Of a DNA stretch of 52,623 bases, positions 1 through 9,331 are shown piece after piece. The stretch is from NCBI GenBank assembly GCA_016284515.1, contig JAEEOY010000102.1:1-52623 (forward strand), given 5' to 3'. The stretch's first letter is position 1, and every line of letters begins with the position of its first letter. Origin of the DNA: Kiritimatiellia bacterium (GTDB lineage: Bacteria > Verrucomicrobiota > Kiritimatiellia > RFP12 > UBA1067). Below the pieces are notes generated by a model, which saw only the letters and a list, made by a program, of their open reading frames with translations, was not told where the DNA came from and ran no database searches. The position numbers were made by a program, and so were the translations under genes.

Positions 1-453
1 GAGAGCGTTGATATCGCCGCGCCGGGAGAAGGTATACTTTCGACATGCCCCTCTTATGTAACATTAATGGGGCTTGTCACCTATTGGTCTTCACTTGACC
101 AGGATAATCGTTATCTGGCTCTTGATGGCACCTCCATGGCGACGCCGCACGTTGCAGGGGCGCTTGCGCTTGTGAAGGGGTACTATCCTGACGACGTGTA
201 CTGGCAGACGATCCAGCGCCTTACGCTGAATGCCGATTACGTCGAGTCGCTTCACGACTATCTTTCCACGGGCAGAAGGCTGAACGTGTACAAGGCCATT
301 CTCTCGCTTGTTCCGCCTGCGCCGATCGTGACGGCGACGCCGGGTGTATACGAGGATCGCATCGAAGTGACCTGGAAGCCGGTCGAGGGCGCGACATACT
401 ACAAGCTGTACAGGCGGTGGAGCGAAGGCGGCACGATGGACGAGCTTACCTGA
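1..453 (+). CDS. S8 (subtilisin-like) serine peptidase, 5'-truncated by the window edge; ends at an in-frame TGA inside an FN3-like domain
   Basis: Frame 1 is open from base 1: VDIAAPGEGILST...DGTSMATPHVAGALAL (catalytic Ser motif GTSMATPHVAG), followed by the start of an FN3-like domain (IEVTWKPVEGATYYKLYR). Confidence 0.9.
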   Translation, partial: ESVDIAAPGEGILSTCPSYVTLMGLVTYWSSLDQDNRYLALDGTSMATPHVAGALALVKGYYPDDVYWQTIQRLTLNADYVESLHDYLSTGRRLNVYKAILSLVPPAPIVTATPGVYEDRIEVTWKPVEGATYYKLYRRWSEGGTMDELT

Positions 454-3400
454 TTGACGACGGACCTCGCGTACACCGACCGCGAGGCGGAGCCCCGGGT
501 TGGCTACCATTACTATGTCCGCTGCTCGAAGCACGCGGACGGCGCGGACGCATCGCCTGTCAGTCCTGCCGGCGTAGGCTACAAGCTTTCGCCGATTCTC
601 GACGAGTGTGATCCTGCCGACGACACGGCGTCCGGCGCGACGCCGATTACGCCTACGTCCGCGGAGCAGACGCACGGGACGCACAGCCTTACGGACAAGG
701 ATCCGGAAGACTGGTTCAGGATCGCCGTTTCTGCCGGGCAGACATACTTGTTCGAATCGGCCGGAGCGTACGACATCAAGGCGGAGCTCTATGGCGCGGC
801 GACGACCAACGCGTCCGACCTTATCGTATCCGACGACGATTCCGGAACTGGCGACAACTTCAAGGTGACATATACCCCGCAGTCGGACGGAATGGTGTTC
901 CTCAGGGTCCGTCCCTTCACGACGGCGCAGGCGAGCTGGTACACGCTGAAGCATTCCATCCCGGGATTCGCGGACGAATGGGATCCCGCGGACGACACTA
1001 TGGACGGCGCGACGGTTCTGGAGCCTGCTGACGAGGAGCAGACCCACGGCCTGCATGCGCTTTCGGCGTCCGACGCGCAGGATCTGTTCCGCCTCACGCT
1101 CGAGGCAGGGCGAACCTACGTCTTCGCTACGCGCGGCGACCTTGACACGTTCGGCGAACTGTACTTCGGCAGCGTTGCCGCAGGCAGCATCGTTGCATGG
1201 AACGACGACGGAATGGACGCGCGCACGGGCAACGAGCTGAACTTCCGCCTGGTGTACACGGCCGATGAAAGCGGCACGTACTACCTGCGCGTGAAGCCCG
1301 CCCCGTCCGGTCCTGCAGGCGGCACGGCTGGCACGTACACGCTCGTCTACGCGCGCGCGGCAGAAGACTTCAACCTTGTGTTTTCTGAATCGGACCTCAC
1401 GGAGTATGTGCTTGGCTGGCACGCAAACGGATTCTTCACCTCGAGCGCCGAGTCGACGTCCGTGCGTCAGTCTTTCTCGGTCGGCGAGCCGATATTCCTC
1501 AAGTGGGCGCTCAACGAGACCAACTTCGTCGCCGTTGCGCAGAACATCACGAACCTCGTTGAGCTGCTCGGCATGGACGGGAAGCGCCATGCGTGGGGAC
1601 ATGCGGTTTGCGAGAACGGACTCGGCGCGGACGAGTGCTACGACTTCACGACGGAGTTCCCCGCGCTGCCTGCCGGAGCCTATCTCGTGCGGCTTACGCT
1701 CAACAGCGACGTTGACGGAAACGCGTCCGTGCCGGAGCTCGACATGTCCGGCAACGTCCGGCTGTGCGCGTTCAACGTGGTGCATACATCGGCTTCCGTA
1801 GCCTCGCTGGAGATATCCGGCAACGCGACGATCGCCGCAAAGGAATCTGCGACCTACCGCTGCTCAGCGACCTACGGCGACGATTCCACGCAGGACGTCG
1901 CGCCGGTCTGGTCGATACGCGGCGGAGACGGCGTTGCCTCCGTTTCTGTTGACGGAACGGTCTCCGTCGGCGCTCTGTCCACGAATGCGACAGTCACTCT
2001 GCGCGCCGCCTTCGGCCGTCAGCTTGCCGAGAAGACGATTTCGCTGACGCCCTACAAGGAACCTGAACCGAGCGAGTTCCCTGAGCCGGCGATATATCCG
2101 TCGCTCCAGATGACGGTCGACGCCGAGGTGTACATCGACGGCGTGCATGCGGCTGTCGGGGACGAAGTCGCTGCGTACGCGGGCGGAGAGGCGAGGGGCG
2201 TAGCCAAGATCGGGATGGAAGGCCGCGCGTCGCTGTCGTTCAGCGTGGCGTATCCTGGCGAGACGATTTCATTCAAGGTGTTCGATGCGAGCGAAGGTGA
2301 TTCGGGCGCGGTGTTCTCCTGCACGGAGACGATTTACGGCGTACCAGGGCAGGACTATGGCCCGCTAGTATTGTCTGCGACAACGGACGATCCGTTCGGT
2401 GCGCCGACCTCCAGCGGCGGCGGGGAATGGCAGCCGGGGCGCGCCAAGGCGCGCATTTACGCCGAGGTGAAGGTGAACGGATACTTTGCTGGCGTTGGCG
2501 ATATGGTGGCGGTATTCGCAGGCGACAAGCTTGTGGGCAAGGGGAGCGTTTCGCTGCTTTCGTCCATCATCGGGCTTTTCACGGGAGCTTCGGGGTGCAC
2601 GATCGATGTGTATCTCGACGAGGAATGCGACCTCACGTTCATGGTGTGGGACCGCACGCGCCACAGGTTCTGCGCGTCCACGACCAGACTGCGCCTGAAG
2701 CCGGGCGCCACTAAGGGTGGCATTTTCAACAGGTTCCTCATAGAGGCCAGCGACGGGACGCGAATCACGCTGCGCTTTGAGAAGGGTGGCTGGCATCTCG
2801 TGTCCGTCCCGATCACGCCGTCCGGAGCGACGGTGAACGACGTATTCTCCGGAAACGACGGAGTCGGCGGCGTGAGAGGCGGCGACGGCTCGGATCTTGA
2901 CGGAAGCGAAGAAGTCAGGGTCGGTGACGGATACTGGGTCGAAACCACGAGGGACGGCGTGGAGATAGAGGTCGAGGGATCGGGCGACGAAGGCCGTGAA
3001 ATCCTGCTGAACGAGGGGTGGAACCTTATCGGATACACCCTGCCGCGTCCTGGGCGCGTTGAGGATGTGCTGAGGTCCGCACTTAGAGACGGCAAGGTCA
3101 CCGAAATCGTCAACGGCCTTGCTACGTATCCTGGCGGAGGTCTTGTCACGATGCAGCCCGGTGAGGCATACTGGATCAGGGCGACGGCGCTTTGCCGCAT
3201 TGCGTTCGAGAAGAACGGCATGCTCACGGCGACGGCGAGCGAGACGGGGTTCGGTCCGTTCGGCGACGGCTCGGATGTTGCGCGCGAGCCGCAGCTTCCG
3301 GTGCGCTATCACGGCGTGCGCGTTACGATTGGCTCCGCGCCTGCGGCGTACGGCGACTGCGTCGCGGTATTCGATGCGGGCGGCGTGCTGCGCGCTGTCG

Positions 3401-5391
3401 CGAAGGTCGATGCGGAAGACGGCACCGTGTCGTTCCCGGTTTATGCCGCGGCGGGATCCAGGCTGGATGCGAAAATCTGGAACTCCGCGAGCGGACTTGA
3501 GTCGCCGGCGGTTTATTCTGTGCAGGGTTCGTTCGACGTGCCTGCGGAGGGAGCGGAAGTCACGGATCTTTCGCTGCACGTGGCCCTTGATGATGGGCAG
3601 AGTTCAGGCGCCGAGCCCGGCGATACGTCCGTGACGAACGCCCCGGCGCGCTTCACCGTGACGTTCGATATTGGTTCGCACGGAACGCGCACGGGCGGAG
3701 GCGAGCTTGTGCAGGAAGTCGAATTCGGTGGTTCGGCGTCCGCCCCGGCTCTCTCCTGCGGTTCCGGCTGGGAGTTTTCGCATTGGGATGCGCCGCTTGG
3801 CAACGTGCGTTCCGCGCGCACAATCAGAGCCGTGTACCGCGAGGCGTCCGGAGGTGGTGGCGGAGTGCCTCCTTTGCCGGATGGCGGAGCGGCCCCGAGG
3901 CGCGAGGCGAAGTTGGCCTTTGACGCGAACGGCGGAGAGGGCGAGATGCAGGAGCAGGTGTTCAGCTACGATGGCTCCGGGTCGAGCCTGAATGCGAATT
4001 CCTTCACGCGGCAGGGTTACACGTTCGTCGGTTGGTCCACGACGCCTCAGGGGCGTGCGTCTATTGGGGACGCATCAGGTGCCGCCGACGTGGCGGGTCT
4101 CGTGGGGATCCCTCCCGAGGGCGAGACGACGACGCTTTACGCGCAGTGGGCGTTAGACGGTCTTTCCGTGGGCACCGGCACGATCGTCGCCAACGGCGGC
4201 GCGCGCGTGGTCGTTCCAGTGATTGTGGACACGTCTCTTCCCGCGGCTTGCCTTAGCGTGCGCCTTACCTACGATCCGAACATACTTGTCTTCCTCGGCG
4301 TCAGGAAGGGCGAAGTTGCCGAGGCTTTTGACGAGGACTTCATCGTCACTCAGCCAAAGACGGGAGAGCTAGTGGTAGGATGCTACGCCGCGAAAGACGT
4401 CGTTGCGGGCGTTGGAGAGCTGGCGCGCGCCGTGTTCCTCGTGAGGCCGGGAACGGAGGGAAGGTTCTCGGACGTCACGGTTTCCGACGTGCAGCTTGCG
4501 GACGAGAGCGGAGTCAGGAACGTGACTATGGACTCCGAAGTCTCAACGCACAGCGGCATGGTGCGCGTTATGGGGACGTCGGCCGACGTGCAGCGTCTGG
4601 AGAACGCAGAGACGGTAGCGGCCGACACGCGTCTTGGAAATCTTGCGCTTGAAGACGGCGACGCCATCCAGGCGTCCGACGAACGGACGGCGGTGTTCGT
4701 CGACGGCATGGTGACTGCATCCGGCACGATTTCGGTGTCGCCGCCAGTGAATGGGTGGACCAGCGGAAGATATGCGCTGCTGACGACTCCTACGGCGGGA
4801 TTGTCGTTCGTTCTCGAGGATGCGCCGAAGGCGGAGCTCTTCAGCGAGACGGAGGGCGGCGTTACCACGTACTACGCGACGCTGTCCGTCGACGGCGAGG
4901 TGCGTGTGACATGTGCTGCGGACGAGTTGTCGCCGGGAACGCAGAATCAGATAAGGATGTTCGCCGCCGGCATGCTGGACGGCATCGGGGAAATCGCCGT
5001 GAGCGGTCCCTCGGGGCTGATCGGGGTAATCGCCGACATGGGGATTGCGCCTGCCTTTACGCGTGCGGGCTCGACGCTGGAGGCCGAATACTCGATGCCG
5101 GAAATCCGCATCACGGAGTTTGATCCCGAGACGGGTGCGGTACGGTTCAAGGTGACGCCTGGAGAAGGAAACCAGATAGTCAGCATGATTTCGACAGGAT
5201 ACATCCACGTGTTTGGGACGGATGATCTGCTCGAGAAGATGAAGTACATCTCCAAGGTCGGATTCGACTTGACTCCGTATCTCAGGGCGGAAACCAAAGG
5301 CGAGGGCTCTATATTCGTGACTCTGGGCACGCATACGTTCCTGAAGATCAAGGTGGAGGATGTTTCGCGCGTCGATGGCGAAAGTGAATGA
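454..5391 (+). CDS. In-frame continuation of the S8 peptidase: large multidomain surface protein (rest of FN3, two PPC-like domains, Ig-like repeats, InlB B-repeat-like, cohesin-like, C-terminal domain)
   Basis: Same frame as 1..453 and starts immediately after the TGA, with no RBS. Duplicated DExDPADDT...YxxRVxP domains, FDANGGEGEM...FTRQGYTFVGWST repeat, and cohesin-like VVVPV...LTYDPNILVF. Confidence 0.8.
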   Translation: MTTDLAYTDREAEPRVGYHYYVRCSKHADGADASPVSPAGVGYKLSPILDECDPADDTASGATPITPTSAEQTHGTHSLTDKDPEDWFRIAVSAGQTYLFESAGAYDIKAELYGAATTNASDLIVSDDDSGTGDNFKVTYTPQSDGMVFLRVRPFTTAQASWYTLKHSIPGFADEWDPADDTMDGATVLEPADEEQTHGLHALSASDAQDLFRLTLEAGRTYVFATRGDLDTFGELYFGSVAAGSIVAWNDDGMDARTGNELNFRLVYTADESGTYYLRVKPAPSGPAGGTAGTYTLVYARAAEDFNLVFSESDLTEYVLGWHANGFFTSSAESTSVRQSFSVGEPIFLKWALNETNFVAVAQNITNLVELLGMDGKRHAWGHAVCENGLGADECYDFTTEFPALPAGAYLVRLTLNSDVDGNASVPELDMSGNVRLCAFNVVHTSASVASLEISGNATIAAKESATYRCSATYGDDSTQDVAPVWSIRGGDGVASVSVDGTVSVGALSTNATVTLRAAFGRQLAEKTISLTPYKEPEPSEFPEPAIYPSLQMTVDAEVYIDGVHAAVGDEVAAYAGGEARGVAKIGMEGRASLSFSVAYPGETISFKVFDASEGDSGAVFSCTETIYGVPGQDYGPLVLSATTDDPFGAPTSSGGGEWQPGRAKARIYAEVKVNGYFAGVGDMVAVFAGDKLVGKGSVSLLSSIIGLFTGASGCTIDVYLDEECDLTFMVWDRTRHRFCASTTRLRLKPGATKGGIFNRFLIEASDGTRITLRFEKGGWHLVSVPITPSGATVNDVFSGNDGVGGVRGGDGSDLDGSEEVRVGDGYWVETTRDGVEIEVEGSGDEGREILLNEGWNLIGYTLPRPGRVEDVLRSALRDGKVTEIVNGLATYPGGGLVTMQPGEAYWIRATALCRIAFEKNGMLTATASETGFGPFGDGSDVAREPQLPVRYHGVRVTIGSAPAAYGDCVAVFDAGGVLRAVAKVDAEDGTVSFPVYAAAGSRLDAKIWNSASGLESPAVYSVQGSFDVPAEGAEVTDLSLHVALDDGQSSGAEPGDTSVTNAPARFTVTFDIGSHGTRTGGGELVQEVEFGGSASAPALSCGSGWEFSHWDAPLGNVRSARTIRAVYREASGGGGGVPPLPDGGAAPRREAKLAFDANGGEGEMQEQVFSYDGSGSSLNANSFTRQGYTFVGWSTTPQGRASIGDASGAADVAGLVGIPPEGETTTLYAQWALDGLSVGTGTIVANGGARVVVPVIVDTSLPAACLSVRLTYDPNILVFLGVRKGEVAEAFDEDFIVTQPKTGELVVGCYAAKDVVAGVGELARAVFLVRPGTEGRFSDVTVSDVQLADESGVRNVTMDSEVSTHSGMVRVMGTSADVQRLENAETVAADTRLGNLALEDGDAIQASDERTAVFVDGMVTASGTISVSPPVNGWTSGRYALLTTPTAGLSFVLEDAPKAELFSETEGGVTTYYATLSVDGEVRVTCAADELSPGTQNQIRMFAAGMLDGIGEIAVSGPSGLIGVIADMGIAPAFTRAGSTLEAEYSMPEIRITEFDPETGAVRFKVTPGEGNQIVSMISTGYIHVFGTDDLLEKMKYISKVGFDLTPYLRAETKGEGSIFVTLGTHTFLKIKVEDVSRVDGESE

Positions 5392-5443
5392 CGGAGGAAA
5401 ACGCGCGTGTGCGGGGTGTGAGTTGTGAACGCGGGGCAAGATT

Positions 5444-5452
5444 TGGTATAAT
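5444..5452 (+). promoter_or_regulatory. Extended -10 promoter element (TGGTATAAT) for the histidine kinase
   Basis: TGnTATAAT about 37 nt upstream of GTG 5490, with an AAGGA SD-like site in between. Confidence 0.65.
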
Positions 5453-5489
5453 TACTGCACACGACATTCTTAATTCGCCAAGGACCTCA

Positions 5490-8177
5490 GTGGACAAAAA
5501 GAAGAATTTTTCGGCCGGCGCAGGCCAACAGGGACTCATCTTCAAGAGCCTCCACTCGATTCGCACGCGCTATTCGCTTGCGACGGCGTTCTTTGTCCTC
5601 CTCGCCGTCGCGGCCTTCTATGCATGCGGGCGCATAGTGCTCGTCCATCTCATGCGCGAGGCCGAGCAGCAGGTGAAGGAGATCGGCTACGACATCTCGC
5701 GCCTCGCCTACAGGCAGGCCGACAGGGTGCGGTGCGCGAACGCGCAGGCGGCGGAGGAGGTCGCCAAGGCCGTGGCCGCCGGCGCCGAGCCGGAGGAGAT
5801 ACTCTCCGCCCGCGCGGAGGACGGCGTCACTCTCGTCATCAAGCTCGACGCGTGGGGCCGGTTCATCTCCGGAGCGACCCGCGCCCGCGGCGCGGAGTCC
5901 GCAACGCCTGTCGAAGTGCAGTCCGTCGTGCCATACACCGAGCGCTTCGCCGCATGGGCCTCCTCTCTCGGCGGAACCGAGAACGACGAGTCCTCCGTCG
6001 GCATCGTGCAGATCAACGGCGCCGCGCACTACGTCTTCATGCACGCCTGCCCCGGAGGGTCGGTGAATGTCGTTGTCGGCGCGTCGTTCGACTCGTCCTC
6101 TTTCACCGGCGGGGTTAACGAGGGATTCGTCGGACTCGACGTGCGCATAGTCAACCGCAAGGCGGACATCAAGGTGGTTCCGCTGCCGAAAAACGCGTAT
6201 GGAGGCGGCGGGCAGCGCAACAACTTCGGCATCTCGCCAATGCTGTCGGAGGCGATGAACTTCTATTCCGGCGGGTTCTGGAGCCTCGGCACGAATCCGT
6301 TCGAGGCTGTGTTCGCCATCCGCGACATCGCCGGTAACGCCGTGTCGATGATCACGGTGTCGCTTCCGTCCTCGCTCTCGACCGTCACGCGCTCCGCTCT
6401 CGGAAGGCTCGCCTTCTCGGTCGCCTTCGTCGGCATCCTGCTCATTCTGCCGATCTTCTGGTTCCAGAGCTCCGTCCTCCTGAATCCGCTGACCAAGATG
6501 ACGAGGGCAATACGCGAGCTCGGCGAAAACCACGAAAGCCAGGACTGTCCGTGCCTGAAATGGGAGGGCAAGGACGAGTTCGCCGTGCTCGCGGCGTCGG
6601 TGAACAGAATGCTAGAGACGGTTTCGTCGAGGGCGCTCGAAATCGCCCACATGGAGGCTCGCCACCGTGCCCTCATCGCAGGTGTGCCGGACGCGCTCGT
6701 CGTCTTCGACAGGCGCGGCAGCCTTGTTTCCGTCACCAAGCAGCCGGAGGGGACTGAGCCTCTCGTCGGCTTCAAGCCGGGCGAGGCGGTCCAGACGGAG
6801 GTGTTCGGCGCGGGGGCGGCGGCCAGTTTCTCGCGAGCCGTCGAGTCCGCCTTCACGCGAGGCACCGTCGCCGCCTGCCATCTCGAGGTGCAGCGCCGCG
6901 AGGGGGACGAGCCGGATGCTCAGCAGCGCCATTTCGAGGTGCGACTCGCGAAGATGGACGACGTGTTCGCGTTGGGGATAGTTCGCGACGTCACGGACAA
7001 GGTGATGGAGCACAAGATGCGCCTCGCAGCGGAGTCGAGGGCCCTCGACGGGCAGAAGCGCGAATCGCTCATGATACTCGCCGCCGGCATAGCCCACGAC
7101 GTCAACAACGTGCTGGCGGTGATACAGGGCACGATGGACTCGCTTTCCGCCGAGAACAGGAACAGCCAGGAGGCGGAGGTCGTGCGGGATGCCGCGCGCC
7201 GCGGCGCGCGGATGATGAAAGAGCTCGTCGAGTTCGCGGGCGACAGCAAGGTGTCGCTTGTCAGGGTGTCGCCCAACTTCCTCGTGCGTGACGTCGAGTC
7301 GATACTTTCGCATATTGTCGCAAAGCACGTCGCAGTCGACTTCGTGCCAGGGGAGAACCTGCCGGACGTCGACGCGGACCCCAACAAGTTCTGGAAGGCG
7401 CTCATGAACCTCGTGAAGAACGCCGGCGAGGCTCTTGGGGACAGGCCCGGGCACATCAGGCTCTCCACCGAGCAGTTCGAGATGACTACCGCCGCCGCCG
7501 TCAAGTTCGTGTCGGAGGCTGCGCTCCTCCCGGGGCGGGGCGTGCTCTTCAAGATCTCGGACGACGGGCCGGGAATCCAGCCGCAGCTCGTGTCGAAGCT
7601 GTTCGATCCGTATGTCTCGTCGAAGGGCGTCGGGCGCGGACTCGGCCTCGCGACCGTGCGTTCCATCGTCGAGACGCACGGCGGCGGAATCAGGGTCGAG
7701 AGCGAGCCCGGGAAGGGCACGACGTTCTCGATCTTCCTGCCGGTGAGCAGACTGGCCGCGTCCGAGAAGGTCGCAAAGAAGGAGCGGCTGGGTCCGCTGC
7801 CCGCCGAAGTCCTCGTCATTGACGACGACGAAGCCGTGCTTAAGATGCAGACGCTGCTTCTCAAGACATTGGGCGTCAAGGTGCACTCCGCGAAGAGCCG
7901 CGTCGACGCGCTCGCGATCGTGAGGCGCTACGGTGAAAGCCTCGGCGCGATACTCCTCGACGCGCACATCGAGGGAGTGGACGTCGTGAGGCTGTTCCAG
8001 GCCTTCCGCACCGCCTCTCCCGACATTCCGATCGTGCTCGTCTCCGGCACGCACCAGGAGGAGATCCAGAGGCTGTTCCCGAACGGCGACTACGATGCGT
8101 TCCTCGCAAAGCCCTTTACTGTAGCGGAACTCAAAACGGCCCTTTCGTCGCTGAAGGGCGGAGGAGGAGCGGCATGA
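5490..8177 (+). CDS. Membrane hybrid sensor histidine kinase (periplasmic sensor, HAMP, PAS, HisKA, HATPase, REC)
   Basis: Two TM segments, HAMP (PLTKM...DEFAVLAASVNRML), H-box AGIAHDVNNVL, N-box NLVKNA, DDGPGI, GRGLGLA, and a receiver domain (IDDD...LLD...KPF). Start moved to GTG 5490 on promoter/SD evidence. Confidence 0.93.
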   Translation: MDKKKNFSAGAGQQGLIFKSLHSIRTRYSLATAFFVLLAVAAFYACGRIVLVHLMREAEQQVKEIGYDISRLAYRQADRVRCANAQAAEEVAKAVAAGAEPEEILSARAEDGVTLVIKLDAWGRFISGATRARGAESATPVEVQSVVPYTERFAAWASSLGGTENDESSVGIVQINGAAHYVFMHACPGGSVNVVVGASFDSSSFTGGVNEGFVGLDVRIVNRKADIKVVPLPKNAYGGGGQRNNFGISPMLSEAMNFYSGGFWSLGTNPFEAVFAIRDIAGNAVSMITVSLPSSLSTVTRSALGRLAFSVAFVGILLILPIFWFQSSVLLNPLTKMTRAIRELGENHESQDCPCLKWEGKDEFAVLAASVNRMLETVSSRALEIAHMEARHRALIAGVPDALVVFDRRGSLVSVTKQPEGTEPLVGFKPGEAVQTEVFGAGAAASFSRAVESAFTRGTVAACHLEVQRREGDEPDAQQRHFEVRLAKMDDVFALGIVRDVTDKVMEHKMRLAAESRALDGQKRESLMILAAGIAHDVNNVLAVIQGTMDSLSAENRNSQEAEVVRDAARRGARMMKELVEFAGDSKVSLVRVSPNFLVRDVESILSHIVAKHVAVDFVPGENLPDVDADPNKFWKALMNLVKNAGEALGDRPGHIRLSTEQFEMTTAAAVKFVSEAALLPGRGVLFKISDDGPGIQPQLVSKLFDPYVSSKGVGRGLGLATVRSIVETHGGGIRVESEPGKGTTFSIFLPVSRLAASEKVAKKERLGPLPAEVLVIDDDEAVLKMQTLLLKTLGVKVHSAKSRVDALAIVRRYGESLGAILLDAHIEGVDVVRLFQAFRTASPDIPIVLVSGTHQEEIQRLFPNGDYDAFLAKPFTVAELKTALSSLKGGGGAA

Positions 8178-9238
8178 ACACGGCATTGATTCTCGCGGCG
8201 GCGATCGTTGCGCAGCCGCTAGTGGACGCAGATGTCCTCGAGCCGAGCGTGCAGAACGAGGTCGACCACGCTCTCTTTCGCGCCCCGACGAACGAGGTCG
8301 CGCTCTCCGCGCAGTCCGTCGCCTTCGCCGCGCTATGGACCACGAACGGCGCGAGCGCGACGGACCGCGCGATAGCGCTCGTATCGTCGCAGAGGGGAGA
8401 CGGACGCTGGTTCCACGACGGAAAGGACGTCACGCCGTCCGCAGCGCGGCTCCTCCGCCGCGCCGCTGGATACGCCGAGCCTCCGCTCAGGCTTTCGATA
8501 TTCTCCGACCACATCGAGGAGATAGAGAGGCAGGAGAAGATTCCGTTCGCCGAGGCCGCGGCGAAGGTGCGCGCGCTCGGAATAGACGGCGTGGCCCTGT
8601 CGTACGGAATCGCCCCCGAGAAGCTTGCGGAGCTCAGGAGGCAGGGCTTTGAGGTCGCCAGCGTGATCGGCTGGCCTGGGTTCGACAAGGGCTACGACGA
8701 GGCTCTGTGCGCGGGGTACGTAGAAAAGGCGGTTTCAAACGGATGCTCGCGGATTCTCATCGTGCCCGGCTTCTACGAGACTGCAAAGGAGGACGCGCAG
8801 GCGTTCTCCGCGATTGCAGGGCGCACGGAGCGCTTCGCGAAGGCCGCGGCGGAACGCGGCGTCGTCGTTACCGTCGAAGACTTCGACAGCGAGAAGGCGC
8901 CGACGTGCGGCCTCGCGCGCACAAGGGCTTTTCTCGCCGCCGCGCCGTCCGTCTTCCTCACCTACGACACCGGCAACTTCAACAGCCCCGGGGAGCGTCC
9001 CGAGAACGGACTTGAGCTTCTCGCCCGCGTGCGGGACTTCCATCTGAAGGACCGTCCCGCGTCCGATGCGTACGGCTCCTCGCCTGTGGGGGCGGGGACA
9101 GTCCCCGTCGCCGGGATAATAGGCGCGGCTCTTGACGCCGGCTATGGCGGATGGTTCACGATCGAGCACTACGGCGCGACGAACATGCTGGAGTTCGCCA
9201 CTTCATCCGCGCGTTTCCTCCGCTCGCTTCGCCCGTGA
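8174..9238 (+). CDS. Signal-peptide protein: small N-terminal domain fused to a sugar-phosphate isomerase/epimerase (xylose isomerase-like TIM barrel)
   Basis: Hydrophobic N-terminus. Metal-binding pattern TVEDF...YDTGN...FHLKD...TIEH. ATGA overlap with the kinase stop. Confidence 0.8.
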   Translation: MNTALILAAAIVAQPLVDADVLEPSVQNEVDHALFRAPTNEVALSAQSVAFAALWTTNGASATDRAIALVSSQRGDGRWFHDGKDVTPSAARLLRRAAGYAEPPLRLSIFSDHIEEIERQEKIPFAEAAAKVRALGIDGVALSYGIAPEKLAELRRQGFEVASVIGWPGFDKGYDEALCAGYVEKAVSNGCSRILIVPGFYETAKEDAQAFSAIAGRTERFAKAAAERGVVVTVEDFDSEKAPTCGLARTRAFLAAAPSVFLTYDTGNFNSPGERPENGLELLARVRDFHLKDRPASDAYGSSPVGAGTVPVAGIIGAALDAGYGGWFTIEHYGATNMLEFATSSARFLRSLRP

Positions 9239-9331
9239 CATGCGTGACCTCGTCCGCTGCGGCGTGAGGTGCGCGGAATATGGTAAAATATGTCGAGCCG
9301 CCCGATGTCGGCGGCAAAGGAGGCAAATGTC

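Noticed and set aside
451-453. Genome-wide UGA reassignment (code 4/25) or selenocysteine
   Set aside because: Many intact genes end in TGA (pfk, nadC, trpB, fhs, bamA). The site is not a Cys/redox position, and the hairpin loop lacks the early G typical of bacterial SECIS.
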